Shown one piece after another: positions 57,212 to 64,000 of a DNA stretch of 64,000 bases (positions are counted from its first letter, which is position 1; every line of letters starts with the position of its first letter). The stretch covers positions 1-64,000 of IMG/VR virus record IMGVR_UViG_3300035663_000004; one strand, given 5' to 3'. The position numbers were made by a program, and so were the translations under genes. This DNA is from a virus. Under the pieces are notes generated by a model. It was given only the letters and a program-made list of their open reading frames with translations. It did not search any database and had not been told where the DNA came from.

Positions 57212-57711
57212 ATATATCGGATATCAAATCGGCAGACTGGGCGCTGGCTACTTCGGGACTTCGCGAGGTGGTGGAGGGGATTGACGATATTAACCAATGT
57301 ATTGCAATTATCCTTAGTACGAAAAAGGGCAGCGACCCGTTCCGTCCAACGTTCGGTTCTGATATCTGGGACTGGATAGACCGACCTATTGCGGCGGCGC
57401 TGCCGAACATGAAGCGCGCAATATTCGACGCCGTCGGGCTGTGGGAGCCGCGCGTCACGGTGACGTCGGTATCACACGAATTTCAGAACGAGGCCGCGGT
57501 GAGCGCTCCGGTTCAATCCGGTATCCGGTTCCGGGTATTCTGGAAATTGAAGGAAACGCAGACGACCGGGCAGGCGCTTGTGACGCTGGGACTGTACGAC
57601 GCCGTCGCGAAGGCAGCGCAGCAGGTGACGCCGGTGCTGACTGATTATCTGCTCACAACCGAATCCGGCGACGCGCTGACGACGGAAACAGGAGACAATA
57701 TCGTAATATGA
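57208..57711 (+). CDS. Baseplate wedge W / gp25-like with C-terminal LTTE repeat tail
   Basis: INQCIAIILSTKKGSDPFRPTFGS, WEPRV; tail LLTTESGDALTTETGDNIVI. Confidence 0.9.
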   Translation: MNISDIKSADWALATSGLREVVEGIDDINQCIAIILSTKKGSDPFRPTFGSDIWDWIDRPIAAALPNMKRAIFDAVGLWEPRVTVTSVSHEFQNEAAVSAPVQSGIRFRVFWKLKETQTTGQALVTLGLYDAVAKAAQQVTPVLTDYLLTTESGDALTTETGDNIVI

Positions 57712-58811
57712 CGCAACCGCAATTTTTATCTCTGGACGGCGAGCAGATCGTATCTGAACTAATACAGATATACGAGGGTATCACCGGGCGCGTGCTGCAA
57801 CCGGCGCAACCTGAGCGCCTGCTCATCAACGCGTTTGCATACCGCGAACTGATCCTGCGCCAACAAATCCAGAACGCCGCGCTGCAAACGCTGGTGTCGT
57901 TCGCGTCCGCGCCCGCGCTGGACTACCTGGGCGAACTGGTAGGGGTACAACGCCTGTCCGCATCGGCAGCGTCCTGCACGCTCCGCTTCACGCTGATATC
58001 CGGTCACGGCGGGGTAGTTATCCCTGCCGGTACGCGGGTGGCAAGTCAGGACGGAAAAGTAATTTTCCGGACGGCCGAAAATGCCGACGTGAACGCAGGT
58101 GTCAATACATCGGACGTGTTGGCATTCGCTGACAATATCGGCGCAATCGGCAACGGGTACGCCGCCGCGGAAATAATCGAGATACTCGACCCGCAGCCGT
58201 TCATTGTATCGGCGTCTAACCTGTCCGTCACTTCGGGCGGCGCGGACGCTGAAACTGATGATGAACTGCGGGCGCGCATCAAGTTAGCGCCGGAACAATT
58301 CACGACGGCGGGCAGCGTTGGTGCCTATCAATTCCATGCGAAATCCGCAAGTCCGGCAATTCTGGACGTGGCGGTAACGTCGCCTTCGCCGGGACTGGTG
58401 AACGTCTACCCGCTGGCTGAAGGCGGGCTGCCGACTTCGAGCGCAATACTGAATCTGGTCGCCGCTGCCTGCAATGCGGAGCGCGTTCGCCCGCTGACGG
58501 ATACCGTCGCTGTGCTGACGCCGACCGCCGTGACGTATGATGTGGAGGTGGAAATCGAGTGCTACAACACGGCCAATACGACAGTGATACAGGAGCAGAT
58601 CGAGGCGGCGCTACAGGCGTATTGCGACGGACGTACCCGGCAGATCGGCAAGGACATTACACGCTCGCAGATTATCGGGCTGTGCATGGTGGATGGCGTG
58701 TACGACGTGACGGTGGTGGAGCCTGCTGCCGACGTGGTAATTTCCGCAACGCAGGTACCGGTGCTCGATAACCCTATTTCCGTCACGATAACCGGACTTG
58801 TGAATGGCTAA
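57708..58811 (+). CDS. Baseplate J protein
   Basis: AYRE, ALDYLG, IPAGTRV, GGADAETDDELRARI, TAGSVGAY, RPLTD. Confidence 0.93.
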   Translation: MTQPQFLSLDGEQIVSELIQIYEGITGRVLQPAQPERLLINAFAYRELILRQQIQNAALQTLVSFASAPALDYLGELVGVQRLSASAASCTLRFTLISGHGGVVIPAGTRVASQDGKVIFRTAENADVNAGVNTSDVLAFADNIGAIGNGYAAAEIIEILDPQPFIVSASNLSVTSGGADAETDDELRARIKLAPEQFTTAGSVGAYQFHAKSASPAILDVAVTSPSPGLVNVYPLAEGGLPTSSAILNLVAAACNAERVRPLTDTVAVLTPTAVTYDVEVEIECYNTANTTVIQEQIEAALQAYCDGRTRQIGKDITRSQIIGLCMVDGVYDVTVVEPAADVVISATQVPVLDNPISVTITGLVNG

Positions 58812-59523
58812 TACAGTCGCAACCGGCATATCATTCGCGCCGCATCTGACAGCGTTCGACGAGGCGGCACGGCAACGACTGGAAGGCATTGACCTGACGC
58901 CGCTGCTGATGTACGTCGTGGATACTACGCACGTCGAAGCGCTGCCATATCTGGCTGAACAGTTCGACGTGCTGGGGCTGGAGGGCTGGGCCTTGGCCAA
59001 CACGGAGGCAGACAGGCGGGCGCTGATTAAGCAGGCGATTGAACTGCACCGGCACAAGGGTACGGTATGGGCGATCCGCAATGCCGTGCGCGCCGTTGGG
59101 TTCGGTGAGTGCAATATTACGGAGGGCGTCGGCGTGGACTACAACGGCGAGTATCTGTATTCCGGTACGATTGACTATGAGGGCGGCAACTGGGCGACTT
59201 TTCGCGTAATTGTCGAAATACCGAACACGCGACCCGTTACGCTGGCAGAGTTTTCCAGGCTGCGGGCAATTATCGAAGCGTATAAGAATATCCGCAGTCA
59301 CCTGGTGGACGTATCGCTGCGGGTGAACCTGGTGACCGAACACACCCTGCCGGAAGATACATTAGACTTTTGGGCTGGTGATGCGCAGACGGACACGCTT
59401 ACAAGCGGGGCGAATTACGACGGCGCAAGCGGATACGCCGGGGCGTACAATTACGATCAATCTAATGATCCGGGAACAATCACAATTGAGATCGGCGGGT
59501 TCGCAGTGACTGAAAATTTCTAA
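58804..59523 (+). CDS. Baseplate/tail protein I (P2 I-like)
   Basis: LPYLAEQFDV, RALIKQAIELHRHKGT, YKNIRSHL. Confidence 0.9.
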   Translation: MANTVATGISFAPHLTAFDEAARQRLEGIDLTPLLMYVVDTTHVEALPYLAEQFDVLGLEGWALANTEADRRALIKQAIELHRHKGTVWAIRNAVRAVGFGECNITEGVGVDYNGEYLYSGTIDYEGGNWATFRVIVEIPNTRPVTLAEFSRLRAIIEAYKNIRSHLVDVSLRVNLVTEHTLPEDTLDFWAGDAQTDTLTSGANYDGASGYAGAYNYDQSNDPGTITIEIGGFAVTENF

Positions 59524-59541
59524 TCGAAAAAATATAAAAAA

Positions 59542-59985
59542 ATGGATATACGAAACGACACTATCGCACCTAAAGGCGTATTCGAGATGCGGGTGTACAA
59601 TGCCGACGGCTGCCTGATTGACCAATACGAGGACTGGAATCTGATCGTGAACGGCGGGCGGTCTGCCATTGCATCACTGATCGGGGCGGCGACGTCCACG
59701 AAGGACGTCACGCAAATTGCATTCGGCACCAACGGCGCATCGCCGGTACTGACGGACGCCGCAATCACGACGCAGTTCAAGAAAGCCGTCGGGGCTGTGA
59801 CCTATCCGGCAACTGGACAGGTGCGCTTCGCCTGGTCGCTGGAATTGGCGGAAAACAACGGCGTTACGATCCGGGAGTACGGGCTGCTATGTCAGGACGA
59901 CACGCTGTTCGCCCGCAAGGTGCGCGCTGATATCGCGAAAACATCGGACGTCCGCCTGGAGGGCACATGGACAATTATTTTCTAA
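59542..59985 (+). CDS. Tail-collar fibre proximal protein
   Basis: NLIVNGG, IAFGT, ENNGVTIREYGL, LFARKV, WTIIF. Confidence 0.75.
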   Translation: MDIRNDTIAPKGVFEMRVYNADGCLIDQYEDWNLIVNGGRSAIASLIGAATSTKDVTQIAFGTNGASPVLTDAAITTQFKKAVGAVTYPATGQVRFAWSLELAENNGVTIREYGLLCQDDTLFARKVRADIAKTSDVRLEGTWTIIF

Positions 59986-60001
59986 CTGAAAAATCGAAAA
60001 A

Positions 60002-60874
60002 ATGGCAAATCTGACTGAATCACCGGTGTACGAAGCCGGTATATATCAATTAGAAACGACCGACCCGGTATTGGGCGGTTCTTCCGGCATTGCTAACCTT
60101 CAGGGCAAGCAACTCGCCAACCGGACGGCGTGGCTGAAGCAAAAAATTGACAACTTAGGCTTCGGTACAACAGGCGTACCTGTGTACGCTGGCAATCTAA
60201 ACAGCCTGCTGGATACCGGCTGGTGGTACGCCACGACGGCAACAACCAACAAGCCGACGGGCGCAAGCGAGGGGTTCGTCCAGGTGGTCGAATACGTCAC
60301 GCTTGGGTACTCTTATCAAGTGTATCACTCGATCACCGTTGACCGAATCTGGACGCGCCGGATTACGGACGGGCCAACGTTCGGGGCGTGGTCGGAAATC
60401 GGGCGCGCTGCCGACCTGGCTACGCTGAACGATCAACTGATCGGGAGCGTGGCGGCGTTCGCAATGAATACGCCGCCGACGGGCTGGTTCAAGTGCAATG
60501 GCGCTGCGGTATCACGCTCGCTGTACGCCGGGCTGTTCGCGAAGATCGGCACGACGTTCGGCGTCGGAAACGGAAGCACGACGTTCAATCTGCCAGACTT
60601 GCGCGGTGAGTTCGTACGGGGCTGGGACGACGGGCGCGGACTTGACGTTGGGCGCGTGTTTGGTTCGGCACAGGGCTACGCGACCGAAGCGCACACGCAC
60701 TTTCTTCGTATGCAGACGCTCGGAGGAATTAACAACAACGGGAGCAGTCCGTATGCAACGACCGTAGCGAATAGCAACGATAGCACAACCACGATGACGC
60801 AGGCGCAGGTCGGCGGCGAAGGGGAAACGAGACCGCGAAACATTGCCCTGCTATACGCAATCAAATGGCAATAA
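60002..60874 (+). CDS. Tail fibre protein (pyocin-knob-like + collar domain)
   Basis: IYQLETTDPVLGG..LANRT; PPTGWFKCNG..FNLPDLRGEFVRGWD; ETRPRNIAL. Confidence 0.9.
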   Translation: MANLTESPVYEAGIYQLETTDPVLGGSSGIANLQGKQLANRTAWLKQKIDNLGFGTTGVPVYAGNLNSLLDTGWWYATTATTNKPTGASEGFVQVVEYVTLGYSYQVYHSITVDRIWTRRITDGPTFGAWSEIGRAADLATLNDQLIGSVAAFAMNTPPTGWFKCNGAAVSRSLYAGLFAKIGTTFGVGNGSTTFNLPDLRGEFVRGWDDGRGLDVGRVFGSAQGYATEAHTHFLRMQTLGGINNNGSSPYATTVANSNDSTTTMTQAQVGGEGETRPRNIALLYAIKWQ

Positions 60875-60889
60875 ACAATCATTGATAAT

Positions 60890-61318
60890 ATGAACACACA
60901 ACACACACACGAACCCGTGCCCGTCTATTGTTACGACGACACGGGCAGGTACACGTCATGGGAATACGCCGACCCGAATCCGCTGGAGCCGGGCAAATAC
61001 CTATTGCCGGTAAACGCTACGCTGACGCCGCCGCCTGACTGGAGCAAGGGCGAAGTAGCGCGCTGGGACGGCGAACGCTGGGCGGTGGAGCCTGACGATA
61101 CAGAGGTTCAGCGCCATGCAGCGTTTCAGCGATCAAGGCGCAACTACCTGTTGGCCGCATCGGACTGGACGCAATTACCTGACGCGCCACTGACGGCTGA
61201 TGAGGCGCAGCGATGGCGCGAATACCGACACGCGCTGCGTACAATTACGACAGACCCGGCATGGCCTTACGTTGCGTTTCCTGATCCGCCGGAAAAGGAG
61301 CCAATAATACAGGCTTAG
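60890..61318 (+). CDS. Tail fibre assembly chaperone
   Basis: LLPVNATLTPPP, RNYLLAASDWTQLPD..WREYRHALR. Confidence 0.85.
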   Translation: MNTQHTHEPVPVYCYDDTGRYTSWEYADPNPLEPGKYLLPVNATLTPPPDWSKGEVARWDGERWAVEPDDTEVQRHAAFQRSRRNYLLAASDWTQLPDAPLTADEAQRWREYRHALRTITTDPAWPYVAFPDPPEKEPIIQA

Positions 61319-61500
61319 AAAGGTTCGCCGTCGCATAGCGCTAACAATGCCTGTGCGCGCTGGTATGCCTTGAGTCCGGTCGCTGGCTTGGGCTTAGGCG
61401 TGCGTGTTTTGGGGCGTTTGGGGCGGACGGGGGAAAATGGATCGAGTTTCATAATTCAGAAAAAATGCCCCGGCAAACACAAGTTCGCCGGGGCGTGTTA

Positions 61501-62304
61501 CTATATAAGGTGTTCGTCTACCTGTTCGGTAGGTTCGTCCGTGTATTCAATATATTCGGCGTCTGTGGCTTCGGTGGCAGGCTTAGCAGCGTTCGCCGTT
61601 GTGATTGCGGCGTTAATATCCGCTGCTGCCTGACGTGACGCCGGGGCTGGCTTCGCCGGGGCTGGTGCTGCGTGCTGGGCGCTAATTGCGGCGTTCAACT
61701 GATCAACGACCGGTATAGGCGAAGAAGGCACGCGCGGCGGCGTAACGTCGTGATATTCGATGTCGTGTACTTCGTCAGCGGTGAGTAGTCCCATCGCTAC
61801 CTCCGGGGCGTACAGGCGCGAAAAGAACGCGGCGGCACGGTAACGCAGCATCAAGTCCGGCATTGACTGCCACTTACTGCCTGTCTTGCTGAACCATCCC
61901 TCTTTTTTTGCCATCCCAATTGAAACGGGCGGCCCCTCCAAAATTTCGCCGCTGGCCAAGTCCTTAGCGACGGCGAAACATTGCCGCGCATCACCGTCGC
62001 CGGATAACTGAAAGCGGAGCGGGGAAAACTTGCCTGACGTATTGATACAGGCGATTAGGTACGTCGCTGACCACGACGGCCGGCCGTGTATGATATGCAG
62101 GTTCTGCATCACCATCAGCGGTGACGTGCCGATGCGGTTCGCCATTTCCAGCGCCACGAGGCAGTTCGCGATGTTGCCTTGGTAGTCCTTTGGCACCATC
62201 GTGGTGGTGGACAGCATTTTCGCCACGCGCTGCCCCTGCTCGAAAGCATCGCCGCTGGCATATACGCTGACGTTTTGCGGCTGGATTGAAAGTTCTTTTT
62301 TCAT
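61501..62304 (-). CDS. recT: RecT/Red-beta-like single-strand annealing protein
   Basis: VPKDYQG..NCLVA, MQNLHIIHGRPSWS, AKKEGW..KWQSMPDLMLRYRA. Confidence 0.75.
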   Translation of the reverse strand: MKKELSIQPQNVSVYASGDAFEQGQRVAKMLSTTTMVPKDYQGNIANCLVALEMANRIGTSPLMVMQNLHIIHGRPSWSATYLIACINTSGKFSPLRFQLSGDGDARQCFAVAKDLASGEILEGPPVSIGMAKKEGWFSKTGSKWQSMPDLMLRYRAAAFFSRLYAPEVAMGLLTADEVHDIEYHDVTPPRVPSSPIPVVDQLNAAISAQHAAPAPAKPAPASRQAAADINAAITTANAAKPATEATDAEYIEYTDEPTEQVDEHLI

Positions 62305-62331
62305 AATATTGAAAATGTTTTTGTTGTAAAA

Positions 62332-63186
62332 TCAAAGTTGCTTAAATATATACTCTGGGAGCGCCAACCGCTCTAACTGGTCGGAATACCCCGGCCAAAC
62401 GCCCGCCTGCAGGCAGTCAAGGTAGGTGCGAAGGTCGCGCATATATGCCTTGTGACCGAGTTCCAGGGTTCGCTCATCCGCGTAGTAACACGCAACGGCG
62501 AAGGGGTATTCCTTTTCCACTACGACAAATCCGAAAATCTGCGGAAAATTTCCAGTCGCGTGGTAGAAGCCCTCGGAATAGAAGGCTGCCTGCACATGAT
62601 AGCGCCACGAAAGCGCGGAGCGGCCGAACGAATCCGGGCTGGCGTCTGTGGTGGTTTTCAAGTCAATCAGGATATGACCGCTGCCTAACTTCCCGATCCA
62701 GTCCGGGCGGCACTTGCACTTCGCCCCCGTTTCAGGTTCCGTGAATTTCAACGTCTTTTCTGCAACGCCGTCTCTCAACAAGACACTGGCGGCAGGGTGC
62801 GCATGTACGGCGTCGCGCATGCGACATGCCTTATCGTAATCGTCCGATTCGACAACCGTGCGGCCGTTGAGGCCGTGATTGAACGCCGCCCACCATTCGA
62901 GCGCAAATTGCGTTTCTTCGCTTGGTTTTTTCGCGTTAATCTGCGCAGCCGTCGGACGGCGCGGCGCATCCGGCGGCAGGATAGCGTATTGGCTATCCAG
63001 CAGGTGGGGCTGGAGCAGCACGTCGTTCGTGATCGAGCCGACCACGAAGTGTTTTTTCGGCATTTCGGCCGGTCGGTCGGGGTTAATGTATTTCGCCCAA
63101 TAATGATACGGGCTTCTGGCAATCAAGTCAAGACCGGACTTGCTGATCCGGCTGACGTCGGCGTGGTAATCGTCGCGTGTGAGCAT
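62332..63186 (-). CDS. Exonuclease VIII-like PD-(D/E)XK nuclease (DUF3799)
   Basis: YHAD..ISKSGL, KCRPDW, IDLKTT, YHVQAAFY, VEKEYP; likely start MLTRDDY at 63186. Confidence 0.88.
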   Translation of the reverse strand: MLTRDDYHADVSRISKSGLDLIARSPYHYWAKYINPDRPAEMPKKHFVVGSITNDVLLQPHLLDSQYAILPPDAPRRPTAAQINAKKPSEETQFALEWWAAFNHGLNGRTVVESDDYDKACRMRDAVHAHPAASVLLRDGVAEKTLKFTEPETGAKCKCRPDWIGKLGSGHILIDLKTTTDASPDSFGRSALSWRYHVQAAFYSEGFYHATGNFPQIFGFVVVEKEYPFAVACYYADERTLELGHKAYMRDLRTYLDCLQAGVWPGYSDQLERLALPEYIFKQL

Positions 63187-63238
63187 AATAATAAGGTGTG
63201 TGTTAATGGCAATATGCCGGTGAAAAAAAAATCTTGGG

Positions 63239-63275
63239 CAAAGATACAACGTTTGCGCGAATTTGCGTAACTTTG
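63239..63275. promoter_or_regulatory. Divergent promoter pair with operator-like palindrome between the -7 elements
   Basis: Minus-strand TATCTTTG (63239-46), plus-strand TAACTTTG (63268-75). Confidence 0.65.
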
Positions 63276-63305
63276 CACCGGATTTTTTTCAAACAAAAAT
63301 AAAAT

Positions 63306-63500
63306 ATGGACATTATCGAGAATCTGAAGGCGCGGTGCAAGGCCGCCGGAACTAACCTCACGCAGTTGTGTATGGACGCGGGCGTTGACCGAAGCGTTGT
63401 CGAGCGCTGGAAAAAGGGTACGAAAACGCTCACGCTGCTGGCACAACTGGAGGCGGCTCTGCAAAAGCGGGAAAAGGAGGTGCGCGATGGTAACGCTTAG
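63306..63500 (+). CDS. Cro-like HTH protein
   Basis: NLTQLCMDAGVDRSVVERWKKG. Confidence 0.75.
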   Translation: MDIIENLKARCKAAGTNLTQLCMDAGVDRSVVERWKKGTKTLTLLAQLEAALQKREKEVRDGNA

Positions 63501-64000
63501 ACCGTACCAACAAACGGCCGTTGAGCGAATTCGGCAGGCGTATTTACAGGGCGCGCGTTCGCCGCTGCTGGTACTACCCACCGGTGGGGGGAAGACGGTC
63601 GTATTTTCGCACATCGCCGCCACGTCCAGCGCGCGCGGCAAGCGCATACTGATCCTGGTACATCGCATCGAACTACTCAGGCAGACCGCGAAGGCGCTGC
63701 AACGCGCCGGAATCCAGCCGGGGCTAATTAATCCAGCTTACACTCCGAACTATCGCGCACCGGTGCAGGTAGCGATGGTGCAGACCATGGCGAAGCGAAC
63801 GCATTATTTTCGGAAAATGCCGTTCGACCTTATTATTACCGACGAGTGTCACCACGTTGTAAGCAAGACGTACCGGGATATTCTGGCAGAATTTCCGAAC
63901 GCATATCAATTAGGCGTGACGGCTACGCCTGTTCGCGGCGACGGGATGGGGCTTGGCGTGACGGCTGGCGGCGTGTACGATACGCTGATTATGGGGCCAA
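63487..64000 (+). CDS. SF2 DEAD/DEAH-box helicase (runs off window end)
   Basis: Manual translation MVTLRPYQ..LPTGGGKT..VHRIELL.Q..ITDECHH..LGVTATP. Confidence 0.92.
   Translation, partial: MVTLRPYQQTAVERIRQAYLQGARSPLLVLPTGGGKTVVFSHIAATSSARGKRILILVHRIELLRQTAKALQRAGIQPGLINPAYTPNYRAPVQVAMVQTMAKRTHYFRKMPFDLIITDECHHVVSKTYRDILAEFPNAYQLGVTATPVRGDGMGLGVTAGGVYDTLIMGP

Noticed and set aside
48680-61318. Tailocin or extracellular contractile injection system
   Set aside because: Directly followed by phage recombination, Cro and helicase genes; no eCIS ATPase or Afp-type genes recognised
1-64000. Stop-codon reassignment
   Set aside because: Recognisable genes are full length in the standard code, and TAG, TGA and TAA all act as stops

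Overview
The whole window is phage DNA. The host is probably Bacteroidota: TAnnTTTG promoters occur throughout, leaders are A-rich without Shine-Dalgarno sequences, and signal peptides have Gln at +1. It reads as two different phage segments joined inside or next to a cluster of signal-peptide-bearing fibre-like genes (about 37.6-46.9 kb). LEFT (1 to ~46 kb, AT-richer, podovirus-like): a minus-strand replication/nucleotide operon (PAPS-reductase family, ThyX, VirE/PriCT/AAA primase-helicase, tyrosine recombinase, dNMP kinase, exonuclease, methylase, metallophosphoesterase); an operon of putative ejected proteins ending in a 3142-aa polyvalent zincin/LPD protein; a lysis cassette; an early anti-defence-like operon that opens with a 42-aa lipoprotein followed directly by a canonical type II hammerhead ribozyme and carries three repeated hairpin spacers; and a divergent operon with phage GroEL, GroES, a GroES-like protein and four Sec-signal proteins, one a ~2285-aa modular fibre. 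RIGHT (~46.9-64 kb, GC-richer, myovirus-like): a P2-type contractile tail module (sheath, tube, frameshifted E/E' chaperone, tape measure, U/X/D, V/W/J/I, fibre, Tfa) interrupted by a promoter-bearing moron with a tRNA-like RNA, then RecT/ExoVIII, a Cro-like HTH and an SF2 helicase. No terminase large subunit, portal or capsid gene was recognised. All family calls come from motifs read by eye; no database searches were run.
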